NCBI GenBank assembly: GCA_951406725.2
Contig: OX597826.1
Span: 29,760,001-29,824,000, forward strand
DNA from: Octopus vulgaris
Taxonomy: Eukaryota
Reading direction: 5' to 3'
Length of the DNA: 64,000 nucleotides
This document shows, in pieces, positions 28,964 to 42,391 of this stretch (its first letter is position 1; the number at the start of each line of letters is the position of its first letter). A program made the translations under genes and the position numbers. The notes beneath the pieces were generated by a model, which ran no database searches, was not told the origin of the DNA, and saw only the letters and a program-made list of their open reading frames with translations.

Positions 28964-29831
28964 CCTGGGTCCCTTGATTGTGGTGGTCTTGAGTGCTGTT
29001 GTGAGTGCCCCTGGCTCTGAAGACGATGTATCCAGGTCAGTTGTCCCACAATTTTCTCTGCTATTTCCACAAAATTTCTTTGTTCTGCTGCCGCCGTCTG
29101 CATTTCCTCTGCAAATGTGCGCCTTCTCCTTGTTGGGGCATTCCGCACTATGTCTGCATATTTCTGGGGCAGCTTGAATTTGTTCTGGTTTTGGTTTCGG
29201 TCTTGGTTTTGGTTAAGGCATTTTGGTCGAGTGGGTTTGATGCAATTTCCATAGGGCCTGGGATGAGCGAACCTGCATCCTTCCCCTGTTTCTCCATGCC
29301 AGCAGGTTCCATTCCGGAAGAATTTGCATGTTATCTGGGTTTCTTGTCCCCAGTTCCTCTCTGTTTTTTCTTCCTCCGTTGGACGGTTGTCCACTGGTTC
29401 CTTTCTGCATAGGTCTTTTCATCCGGCTGGTTATTTTCTGTTTCCCCATCGCCGCCTATCTGTTGTTTGCCCTGCTTGCCTTCTTCGACTGTGGCTGTGG
29501 GTGTGTCATTTTTTGACACTCTGTGGTTGGTGTTTCCTGTTTCCATCTCTCTCTTTGTCTTTATCCACCTTGAGGACTTGGCTTAGCAAAACCATGTGTG
29601 GTGCAATGAGAGTGTAGGCCCTTTCAACTTCTCTTTCTTCCTCTCTACCTGCGCCAACGTCCTCATAAAGCCATGGCTTTTCAGGGTCGCCACTATGTTT
29701 TTAGTTGGTTGCGATCTGTCGGCCGAGGTCCATCCTCTGATGAAAACTTCCAGCTCTACTTTCGTCCAGTTACGCTGGCTTTTGTTGACGCCAGTGTTTG
29801 CATTTACCTCTAATTTTTGCATGTTGTCCAT
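28882..29831 (-). pseudogene. LINE ORF1 (Myb/SANT-like trihelix domain + CCCH zinc finger), broken by one in-frame stop and one frameshift
   Basis: WTKVELEVFIRGW...LKSHGFMRTLAQVERKKEKLK; TAA at 29583-29585 with the same frame continuing; shift near 29335 into CKFFRNGTCWHGETGEGCRFAH. Confidence 0.7.
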
Positions 29832-30792
29832 TCCGTTGTAGCGGGGAGAGAGAGAGAAGCTGTGAGGGAAAAAGGGAGAAGGGAGGAGAGATGAAGAGAT
29901 TGTGAGGAAGGGAGGGTGAGAGAGAGGAAAAGAAGACTGTTTTGGGGAAAGAGAGAGAGGGTGAGAGAGAGGCAGGGAAGGAAAGCGAGAGAGGGCGAGA
30001 GAGATAGAGAAAGGGGGTCTGAAGGAAAGAAAAAGAGAGAGATTGGGAGGGAGGGAGTGAGTTCGTGAGGGAAAGAGAAAGGGATAGTGAAAAGGAAGGA
30101 GAAAGGGAGAGTGAGGAGAGAGAGGGGGAGAGATAGTGTGATGGAAAGAGCGAGAGAGGGGGGGAGAAAGAGGTAGTGCAGGAAAGCGAGAAAAAGATTA
30201 CGAGGGAGAGATAGAGGGGCAGAGAGGCTGTGAAAGAAAGAGAGAGAAAGAGATTTTGAGAGAGGGAGAGAGTGTGAGAATGCAAGAGAAGGAATAGCTA
30301 CAATATGTTACATATACACACATACTTACATATATAGATATAGATAAAAGTAAAAATATCCATTCATCACAGATATGTACAACCTGTAGACATCGACACT
30401 TGTTGTCACGGAATTTACCGTTCTAAATATATAACACACGCGCACGATAGCGAAAGATAAGAAAACAGTTTTAAAGGTATATCTCGCAAGATCAATTTCT
30501 CCAATACACGCGATACATATATATACATATATATATATATATACATATATATACACGCATACACACATATATCAACAGAATAATTAATCAATTAGATCGA
30601 AACCTGTACGAAAGCACTTACATACACAGATATCTAAATTAATTAATTAGGAAAACCAATAGCACAAAAACACAAATAAACACACGACATATATACAGCA
30701 ATACAATAAGCAAAGCAATAGTAAACAATACACTCGACGCACAAATAGAGTAGATAAACAGATAAGCCGCTCTGAATCAAAACGTACTATAT

Positions 30793-31226
<434 letters not shown>

Positions 31227-31425
31227 TGTATATATATATATATATATATATAATGTATATGTATATACATATATATATATATATAATGTTTGTATATGTA
31301 TATATATATATATATATGTATATGTATATGTATATATATATATATATAATGTTTGTATATGTATATATATATATATATATATATAATGTTTGTATATGTA
31401 TATATATATATATATATATATGTTG

Positions 31426-31799
<374 letters not shown>

Positions 31800-31801
31800 T
31801 A

Positions 31802-31833
<32 letters not shown>

Positions 31834-31974
31834 GATATATATATAGATAGATATATATATATATATATATATATAAGAAAAAAGGTTTGAAAATGCAATT
31901 TAAACGATGTTTATTTACTTAACCGGTTTCACTCTTTGGTAAAAGATTGTCAAAAGTTACATTTAAGGGAAACA

Positions 31975-32197
31975 TTGAATAATATGGGTTCAAAAAAGTT
32001 TTTTACATAATTGTCACATTGAATATTATGCATTCAAAAAAGTTTTTACATAATTGTCACATTGGATATTATGGGTTCAAAAAAGTTTTTTACATAATTG
32101 TCACATTGAATATTATGCATTCAAAAAGTTTTTTACATAATTGTCACATTGGATATTATGAATTCAAAAATGTTTTTTTATACATAATTGTCACATT
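31975..32197. repeat. ~44-bp tandem repeat (~5 copies, alternating A/B variants) within the pseudo-LTR; mirror copy at ~37750-37977
   Basis: aaaaagtttttacataattgtcacattg(a/g)atattatg(gg/ca)ttc. Confidence 0.9.
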
Positions 32198-32610
32198 ATT
32201 TGGGAAAATTTGGCAGAAAAGGATAAAACAAATATATTATTGGGAATTGGTTGCGTTAATTATTGGTTGTCGCAAATTGTCACATTACATGTATATATAT
32301 ACAATCTTTGGTATATATATACAGCGTTTTGACAGCAAAAATTAAAATGGATTTTTTGTCCATCTCAGAATATTTTAAGTATGTTTTTACTGACCTGTTA
32401 GTATTAGCAGAAAGGCTGAACTGAGAGAACAGAAGTAGCCAATGTGGTGTATACTTCCCCTTTATGCATGAATGATTTTGGGGTTATCAGGAGGTTAGTA
32501 TGCGGGTGTGAATAGATGTGTCCGTGCCTGCTGGTCAGACAGCGTCTGTTTGTCACACACATATATATACACACAAACACACACACACACAACAACACAC
32601 ACACACACAC

Positions 32611-33660
32611 ACATGCATAGTATACTGGAATTTCATAAAAAATAACAACAAAGCTGACATTTATGAAAAGTGGCTCAACTCCACCCCTATCATCCTACCC
32701 AGAAAACTACAAATAAAACCCATCCAAAATGAACCAGAAAACCAAAAAAACCTCAGGGAGGAAACTAGCTTTTGAAAAATTCAAAACGGAAGTAGAACTC
32801 TTGCGGCTCAGAGCCAACACCAGTGAAGAAAAATCCAAGACCCTTGACAATGAAATGCAGATTGAAATCTCAAAACACTGTGAAGGAGCACTCCTTGATG
32901 AAACCACCAAACTCTGGAGAAAAAACTGCGAGGATGAAGAAATAACATCCCTCCAGCGAATGGAAAAAAACAGCTGGTTCACCAATTATGAAACAGAGTT
33001 CACAAAGGAACACCTTTCAAGCAACCCATATTTTAAAATATCTACTTCAACTCACACCCCTCGCCAAAAACAAAGAAAACCAACCACAAAACACCGAACA
33101 CACACCACCCTAACATCGACAACAACAACAACAGAACTTACAGACAGCACTACAATCCCATCAAAAGAACCGAGACACCCATCATCACACGACAAAACTT
33201 TACCAGACAACGTAGACCCCAACCCACACAAGAACCGTTCCAGATTCGGAGATCCTACCCATCACTTAGAAACCCATCTCTGAACTATGATTGTAGATTC
33301 CAACCCAAACCGCTCCTAACTCAGAGTTCTCCCCCAACATATAGGAATTCACTCCTAAACCATGAATATAGTTTCCAACCCACTCTAAGGAACCAACATT
33401 ACACCCAGGACAAACAACCCAAACCCTGGAATAACCAAAACTCTTCCAGGAGGCCACACCAACAACCCAGACCCTGGAACAACCAAAACCTCCTCAACAG
33501 ACAACATAGCAACGGGGGACAGAATCACAACAACCAAAACCTCTTCAACAGACATGTCAACGGGGGACAGAATCACATACAGCAAAATACCGCAAATAGA
33601 AGAACCCCCAGGATTCCTTTTTTAGGCAAGGGCATCAGTTTCCACGACACCAGATGGTAG
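32611..33660 (+). CDS. PLE upstream ORF1 (helical/coiled-coil N-part, N/Q/P/R-rich C-part), 5'-truncated, with two compensating frameshifts
   Basis: YWNFIKNNNKADIYEKWL..IILPRKLQ (frame 1), then LAFEKFKTEVELLRLRA...LWRKNCEDEE (frame 2), then a stop-free frame-1 stretch 33037-33657 ending ...RIPFLGKGISFHDTRW*. Confidence 0.6.
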
Positions 33661-35930
33661 ATACCAACCCCGAAAAACCAAAAATAGTGAATCTTTCTAA
33701 CCTAAACCTGTCGACACCACAAATAAAAATCCTTTCAAGAGGACTGAAATTCACCCCAACTCCGCAATACCCTAACCTGAGGGAAATACAGGATGACATC
33801 TCGCACTTTTGCAGAAAATTACGCCTCACAGAGGAATTTTTTGACAGAAAAACTAATAATAACGACGAATCAATGGTCTGTAACAAAAGCAACTATAATC
33901 CCATAAAAGGCAAAAACAAAACCTTAGACAAATTTTGCGATTACATCTCCAACTTCCCTTATGGTGAACTCCCACAACCTAAACTCAAACCCAACACCAG
34001 TAAAAGAGAATGGGAAATCATCCATACACTACGAGACAATCATGACGTCACAATAAAGGAAGCTGATAAGGGTAGTACGGTCGTTGTTATGAATACTGAG
34101 CAATATAAAAACTCTGTATCTCTCCTTTTAGAGGATACCACATACTACGAAAGAGTAGTCGACTACCAGCAATCCAAAACAATGACCAATCTGAAGGCAC
34201 TCATTTACCAACACCGGAATGACTTGACAGCAAAGGAATGCGACTACATTACTAAATTTAATTGCAAAACCAGCACACTCTATGGCCTTCCAAAAATACA
34301 CAAGAGTCAAATTATCACAGAAGCTTGCAAAAAGTCCACTTCAACCTGCATCACTATACCACATCCCACTGATCTCAAACTGAGACCAATAGTGGCAGGC
34401 CCAAGTTGTGAAACACACAGACTTAGCAACTTTATAGATATCATCTTAAAGCCAATACTGAAACACATTCCAAGTATTGTAAGAGATGACCTGGACCTAT
34501 TAAACCATCTCCCCAAACATGCCGATAAAGACACCTTAATCGTTTCTTTTGATGTTATTAATCTTTACACCACAATCCCACATGAATTTGGACTGGAAGC
34601 CATTAAATTCTGGCTGGATAAATATCCCAATGAGATCCCGGAAAGAATTAAAAAAGAATTCATAATTGAGGGCCTCAAATTTATTCTGCAAAACAACTTC
34701 ATGTATTTCCACAACAACACTTACAGACAGGTCTCAGGGACTGCAATGGGTACGAAAGTTGCACCTACCTATGCAAACCTGGTGATGGCCTACCTGGAAT
34801 CACATATCTATGAAAAATCCAAATATAAGTACGGCCAGTCTTTCCACAAATACCTGTTGGAGAACTGGAAACGCTACTTAGATGATTGCCTCATCCTATG
34901 GTCCCACACACTCGACCAACTTATAGACTTCAAAAACCTTATCAACAGTGTAAATAACAACATTCAATTCACAATGGAATATAGTCAGGACCAACTCCCT
35001 TTTCTTGACATCCTAATCATTAAAAAAGGCGTCAACATTGAAACTGACATCCATTACAAACCCACTGACTCTAAACAATACCTTCTATTCACCTCCAATC
35101 ACCCAAAACACACAAAGACAAATATCCCCTTCAACCTAGCGAGAAGAATCTGCACTATTGTCTCAAATGACACAACACGAAATAGAAGACTCCGGGAACT
35201 AAGGGCAATTCTTCTCGAAAGACATTACCCGGCATCACTAGTAGACAACGGAATAGAACGGGCCAAATCAATCAACATTCAAGACCTTCGAAAACCCAAA
35301 CACATCCACAGTACAGTCAATAGCCTCCCTTATCTCTCAACACACAACCCAAGGAATGCAGAAGCTTACACTATTATATACAACAACATTCCACAACTAA
35401 ATCAAGACCCACGCCTGAAAAAAATACTGGCAACTCATAAAATAATAAAAAGTAAGAGACAACCTAAATCCCTAAAAAACCTCCTCACCAACGCAAAATT
35501 ACACAACACAAACCCACCGCCCACCATCAAAAAATGTGGTCGCCCCAACTGTAAGACCTGCATCCACCTCATTGAGGGATCGTCGTACAAGTTCCACTCG
35601 GGACACACATTCATCATAAAAAATAACTTCACGTGCGCATCAAAAAATTTACTCTACGTCATAAGGTGTGAAGGATGCCACGAAGACTACATAGGGCAAA
35701 CGAGCCTTACCCTCAGAGACAGAATGACAGTTCACCGACAACAACTGAGGGACCCCTCCACAAGACAGATACCACTAAGTGGACACTTAGACCTTTGTGC
35801 ACACAATAAGTCCCCCAAATTCTTAGTCTTCCCACTATACCAATGCTCGGACAACACCACAGACCAAACACGAATAAATAAGGAAAGTAATCTTATTCAA
35901 AAATACAGACCACAACTAAACATACTCTAA
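33654..35930 (+). CDS. PLE reverse transcriptase + GIY-YIG endonuclease (758 aa, intact)
   Basis: LSRGLKFTPTP, IKEADKG, YGLPKIHK, LRPIV, FDVINLYT, GTAMGT..AP.YANL, RYLDD, FLD, HYKPT; CGRPNCKTC linker; NLLYVIRCEGCHEDYIGQT. Confidence 0.97.
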   Translation: MVDTNPEKPKIVNLSNLNLSTPQIKILSRGLKFTPTPQYPNLREIQDDISHFCRKLRLTEEFFDRKTNNNDESMVCNKSNYNPIKGKNKTLDKFCDYISNFPYGELPQPKLKPNTSKREWEIIHTLRDNHDVTIKEADKGSTVVVMNTEQYKNSVSLLLEDTTYYERVVDYQQSKTMTNLKALIYQHRNDLTAKECDYITKFNCKTSTLYGLPKIHKSQIITEACKKSTSTCITIPHPTDLKLRPIVAGPSCETHRLSNFIDIILKPILKHIPSIVRDDLDLLNHLPKHADKDTLIVSFDVINLYTTIPHEFGLEAIKFWLDKYPNEIPERIKKEFIIEGLKFILQNNFMYFHNNTYRQVSGTAMGTKVAPTYANLVMAYLESHIYEKSKYKYGQSFHKYLLENWKRYLDDCLILWSHTLDQLIDFKNLINSVNNNIQFTMEYSQDQLPFLDILIIKKGVNIETDIHYKPTDSKQYLLFTSNHPKHTKTNIPFNLARRICTIVSNDTTRNRRLRELRAILLERHYPASLVDNGIERAKSINIQDLRKPKHIHSTVNSLPYLSTHNPRNAEAYTIIYNNIPQLNQDPRLKKILATHKIIKSKRQPKSLKNLLTNAKLHNTNPPPTIKKCGRPNCKTCIHLIEGSSYKFHSGHTFIIKNNFTCASKNLLYVIRCEGCHEDYIGQTSLTLRDRMTVHRQQLRDPSTRQIPLSGHLDLCAHNKSPKFLVFPLYQCSDNTTDQTRINKESNLIQKYRPQLNIL

Positions 35931-36308
35931 CATACCCCCTGGAAGCACATCCAGAGCAAGCACACAGGGACGCGCGCACGCTCACAGCATATCGTGCGGG
36001 CGGGCACATGCGCGCATCGGCACGCATAGGACACACTAGCGGGCATTGACCGCACACATACGTGGCATGCACACGCATGCATTATATATATGTAGGTGAT
36101 ATATGTGTGTGTGTGTGTGTGTGTGTGCACTGTGTGCGTGTGTGTGTATATGTGTGTGTGCGCGCGTTGTATGTGTTTGTGTGTGTGCACGTGTGTATAT
36201 ATGTGTGTGTGTGTGTGCACTGTGTGCGGGTGTGTGTGTATGTGTGTGTGTGTGTGTGTGTGAGCATTGTATACGTGTGTATGTATTTACATATGTATCT
36301 TTTTTTTT

Positions 36309-36354
<46 letters not shown>

Positions 36355-37992
36355 TGTGTGTGTATATGCATGGTATGTGTGTATATGTTAGTACTTTGTT
36401 TGTGTGTATGTGCGGCATGTAGAGATATATTTGAGTGTGTACGCTATAGGTTTGTAATTTGTGTGTGTGGGGGGGTGAATTTTTTATATATATATGTGTG
36501 TGTGTATGTGTGTGAAAAAATATATGTATGTGCATGTATGTATGTATGTATGTGTGTATATATATATATATATATGTGTATATATATGTGTGTGTGTGTA
36601 TGTGTGTGTGTGTATATTTATTTGCATGTTTATGTGTGTATAAACATGTACATTATTTGCATGCGCATTGTATATATGTATATTGTATGTATGTGTATTG
36701 TATATGTACGTGTACAATTAAGTGTATATATTTGTGTGTATGTGTGCACTGTATATATGTATATTGTAGGTGTGCTATATGTGCATGAATACATGTATAT
36801 GCATTGCGTGTATATATATGTATGCATTGTGTGTGTATGTATGTTATGTGTGTGTGTGTATATATATATATTATATGTATGCGTACGTGTATGTGTATGC
36901 ATTGTATGTATGTGTGTTGTGTGTATATGTGGTACATCTATGTATGTGTATGTAAACACTATTTATATGTATATGTGTATATATGTATATGCATTGTCTA
37001 TATATATATATATTGTATGTATGTATTGCGTATGTATATTGCATGCATATATTGTGTATGTATATTACTTACATGCTGTATGTGTGTATTGTATGTGTAT
37101 ATATATATATGCTAGGTGTATTTGTGTGATATTTATATTATGTATGTATGTGTGCGTGTGTTGTGTGTGTGTGTGTGTGTATGTGTGTTATATATCTGTG
37201 TATGTTATATATAGATACATGTTATATTTGTGTGCTGTGTGTATATGTGATATATGTGGGTGCGTTGTGTGTGGGTGTGTGTGTTCTGTGTGTGTGTGTG
37301 TTGTCTGTATGTGGTGTGTGTTTGTATACTATGTGTGTGTGTGTGTGTGTTGTTGTGTGTGTGTGTGTTTGTGTGTATATATATGTGTGTGACAAACAGA
37401 CGCTGTCTGACCAGCAGGCACGGACACATCTATTCACACCCGCATACTAACCTCCTGATAACCCCAAAATCATTCATGCATAAAGGGGAAGTATACACCA
37501 CATTGGCTACTTCTTCTGTTCTCTCAGTTCAGCCTTTCTGCTAATACTAACAGGTCAGTAAAAACATACTTAAAATATTCTGAGATGGACAAAAAATCCA
37601 TTTTAATTTTTGCTGTCAAAACGCTGTATATATATACCAAAGATTGTATATATATACATGTAATGTGACAATTTGCGACAACCAATAATTAACGCAACCA
37701 ATTCCCAATAATATATTTGTTTTATCCTTTTCTGCCAAATTTTCCCAAATAATGTGACAATTATGTATAAAAAAACATTTTTGAATTCATAATATCCAAT
37801 GTGACAATTATGTAAAAAACTTTTTTGAATGCATAATATTCAATGTGACAATTATGTAAAAAACTTTTTTTGAACCCATAATATCCAATGTGACAATTAT
37901 GTAAAAAACTTTTTTGAATGCATAATATTCAATGTGACAATTATGTAAAAAACTTTTTTGAACCCATATTATTCAATGTTTCCTTAAATGTA

Positions 37993-38033
37993 ACTTTTGA
38001 CAATCTTTTACCAAAGAGTGAAACCGGTTAAGT
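37993..38033 (+). ncRNA. Candidate variant minimal hammerhead (C3U/G8A core) in the PLE pseudo-LTR; mirror copy at 31917-31957 (minus)
   Basis: actt-TTGACAA-tcttt(tacc)aaaga-gt-GAAAC-cg-GTT-aagt. Confidence 0.5.
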
Positions 38034-38110
38034 AAATAAACATCGTTTAAATTGCATTTTCAAACCTTTTTTCTTATATAATCCCACTCGTGCGATACCC
38101 CACAACTCAA

Positions 38111-38148
<38 letters not shown>

Positions 38149-38180
38149 GTTTGTATATGTATATATATATATATAATGTT

Positions 38181-38225
<45 letters not shown>

Positions 38226-38253
38226 GTATATATATATATATATATAATGTTTG

Positions 38254-38347
<94 letters not shown>

Positions 38348-38384
38348 GCATTATATATATATATATATATATATATATAATGTT

Positions 38385-38480
<96 letters not shown>

Positions 38481-38483
38481 GTT

Positions 38484-38521
<38 letters not shown>

Positions 38522-38523
38522 TG

Positions 38524-38709
<186 letters not shown>

Positions 38710-38711
38710 TG

Positions 38712-38799
<88 letters not shown>

Positions 38800-38812
38800 T
38801 GTATATGTATAT

Positions 38813-40290
38813 GATTGATTGATTGATTGATTCTGTTTCAGCTCATGAGCTGTGGCCATGCTGGGGCACCGCCATTTGGTGTTGCTACTTGGTTTCACTT
38901 CATGGAGGCTTTTTAGCAACTGCTATTTGGTGCATGAGAGAGTTCGATGCAGCTGCCCTCATCTGCCCCTCCTGCCGTGAAGTTGGTTCATCTGGGACAC
39001 CTGACAGGAAGAGATCCAGCTCCATTTTAAAGACATCTGTATCCACCCCATGCAGGTCTCTCAGGTTCATCGGGAGGATATTGAAGAGCTGTGGGCCTCG
39101 GAAGCCCAGGCTATCACAGAATCTTGTCCTACATCTTGATGGCAAGTTTGGAGTCCTAGGCACCACGCAGTGGCGCCCAGTTCTGGCGTTTGCGTAACTC
39201 TCGATGCCAAAGTTCAGGACACTTCCCTCCAGGATCTTCCAGATGTATATTATGGCATATCTTTCCCGCCTACGCTCCAGGGAATATAATTTTAATCTCT
39301 TGAGTCTTTCCCAGTAGCTTACATTCTGCATAGAGGCTATCTTCTTCGTGTAGCTTCGTTGGATCGCCTCAAGTTCTGTGATCAACTTGACACTGGATGG
39401 TGACCATAGCTGAGAGCAATAGTCAAAGTGACTTAGGACAAGTGTCTTCCAGAGGACCATCATGGTTTCTTGTTCTCTTGTTCTAAAGGTTCTAAGAATC
39501 CATCCAGCCAGGCGTCTGCATTTCACTGTCAGTTTAGCAACATGTACATGAAAGGTCGCGTCATCACTCATGTGAATACCCAGGTCACGCACTGATTGTG
39601 CCTCTGGGATTGCAATCCCTCCGGGTCCAGTGTATTTCTTGGGTATTGCATTCAGTTTTGCATGCTGATAGTATAAAGCTTGAAACTTTTCAGCATTGAA
39701 CTGCATGCTATTCTTTTCAGCCCACTTGTAAATTTCGTCCAGCTCATATTGCAGGTGCCTAGTGTCTTCAGGGTTCTGTATTGCCTGTGAAACTTTTGTA
39801 TCATCTGCATAACTTGTGATCGTGGCTCTCCGCGTGGCTGAGGGCATGTCTGAGAGGGCCATTATGAACAGTAGTGGTCCCAAAACAGTGCCCTGTGGAA
39901 CACCGCTCACTATTTGCGTGCTAATGGAAGTGGCCCCATTGGCTACTACCACCTGACTTCTATTCTTCAGAAAGTCGTGAAGCCATTCTCCTAGTTTTCC
40001 AACTATGCCAAGATCACGCAGTTTGTGACATATCATTCCATGATCGACTTTATCGAAGGCCTTTGCGAAGTCGAGATATATGACTTCCACATTTGAGTGG
40101 TTGAGCAGTTGTTTCAGCACCCAGTCATAGTGCTGCAGGAGCTGAGTTAAGCAGCTTCTTCCTGGTCGGAAACCATGTTGGGTGTCAGGCAGCAAGTCAT
40201 TTTCTTCAAGGAAGGTGATTAGTTTCCTTCTGACTATTCGTTCCATGACCTTGCTGATGTGTGAGGTCAGAGAGATAGGTCTGTATAGTT
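38813..40290 (-). mobile_element. 5'-truncated CR1-clade LINE (RT C-half open, 38900-40246), homologous to but diverged from the 25860-30788 LINE; (AATC)n tail
   Basis: [65 protein letters not shown]. Confidence 0.95.
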
Positions 40291-40380
<90 letters not shown>

Positions 40381-40420
40381 GTTTGTATATGTATATATAT
40401 ATATATATATATAATGTTTG

Positions 40421-40451
<31 letters not shown>

Positions 40452-40456
40452 GTTTG

Positions 40457-40500
<44 letters not shown>

Positions 40501-40538
40501 GTTTGTATATGTATATGTATATATATATATAATGTTTG

Positions 40539-40576
<38 letters not shown>

Positions 40577-40611
40577 TGTATATGTATATGTATATATATA
40601 TATAATGTTTG

Positions 40612-40642
<31 letters not shown>

Positions 40643-40687
40643 ATATAATGTTTGTATATGTATATGTATATATATATATAATGTTTG

Positions 40688-40725
<38 letters not shown>

Positions 40726-40765
40726 ATGTTTGTATATGTATATGTATATATATATATAATGTTTG

Positions 40766-40837
<72 letters not shown>

Positions 40838-40879
40838 ATGTTTGTATATGTATATATATATATATATATATGATGTTTG

Positions 40880-40943
<64 letters not shown>

Positions 40944-40988
40944 AATGTTTGTATATGTATATATATATATATATATATATAATGTTTG

Positions 40989-41019
<31 letters not shown>

Positions 41020-41029
41020 ATAATGTTTG

Positions 41030-41060
<31 letters not shown>

Positions 41061-41072
41061 ATATAATGTTTG

Positions 41073-41103
<31 letters not shown>

Positions 41104-41115
41104 ATATAATGTTTG

Positions 41116-41183
<68 letters not shown>

Positions 41184-41259
41184 GTTTGTATATGTATATA
41201 TATATATATATATATATGTTTGTATATGTATATATATATATATATATATATAATGTTTG

Positions 41260-41292
<33 letters not shown>

Positions 41293-41346
41293 GTTTGTAT
41301 ATGTATATATATATATATATATATATAATGTTTGTATATGTATATG

Positions 41347-41378
<32 letters not shown>

Positions 41379-41385
41379 ATGTTTG

Positions 41386-41431
<46 letters not shown>

Positions 41432-41437
41432 TGTATA

Positions 41438-41472
<35 letters not shown>

Positions 41473-41477
41473 GTTTG

Positions 41478-41508
<31 letters not shown>

Positions 41509-41518
41509 ATAATGTTTG

Positions 41519-41557
<39 letters not shown>

Positions 41558-41562
41558 GTTTG

Positions 41563-41600
<38 letters not shown>

Positions 41601-41607
41601 ATGTTTG

Positions 41608-41638
<31 letters not shown>

Positions 41639-41647
41639 ATATGTTTG

Positions 41648-41678
<31 letters not shown>

Positions 41679-41685
41679 ATGTTTG

Positions 41686-41731
<46 letters not shown>

Positions 41732-41765
41732 TGTATATGTATATATATATATATATATATGTTTG

Positions 41766-41796
<31 letters not shown>

Positions 41797-41805
41797 ATGT
41801 GTTTG

Positions 41806-41836
<31 letters not shown>

Positions 41837-41890
41837 AATGTTTGTATATGTATATGTATATATATATATATGTATATATATATATGTTTG

Positions 41891-41939
<49 letters not shown>

Positions 41940-41942
41940 TTG

Positions 41943-41973
<31 letters not shown>

Positions 41974-41978
41974 GTTTG

Positions 41979-42015
<37 letters not shown>

Positions 42016-42020
42016 GTTTG

Positions 42021-42051
<31 letters not shown>

Positions 42052-42061
42052 ATAATGTTTG

Positions 42062-42093
<32 letters not shown>

Positions 42094-42100
42094 ATGTTTG

Positions 42101-42132
<32 letters not shown>

Positions 42133-42139
42133 ATGTTTG

Positions 42140-42172
<33 letters not shown>

Positions 42173-42211
42173 GTTTATATATGTATATATATATATATAT
42201 ATATATGTTTG

Positions 42212-42249
<38 letters not shown>

Positions 42250-42391
42250 GCAATAAAGATTCAAGTTAATTTAAATGAATTTACTTGAATATGGTACCTA
42301 ACTTAGATGCACCAAAAAAACTATACTGATTTAACAATACAGTAACGTGGGGTGATTATAAGCGAGAATGAAGCAACAAGAATGGATAGGT

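Larger units (their letters stand above)
31875..38117 (+). mobile_element. Penelope-like element (GIY-YIG type, Neptune-like Cys linker) with an inverted 5' copy of its 3' pseudo-LTR
   Basis: RT+GIY-YIG ORF; 31875-32610 is the near-perfect reverse complement of ~37335-38076; an extra ~35-nt tail (38081-38117) occurs only at the 3' end. Confidence 0.93.

Noticed and set aside
31975-32197. 44-bp repeats as a CRISPR-like array
   Set aside because: Head-to-tail tandem units without unique spacers, lying inside a PLE pseudo-LTR.
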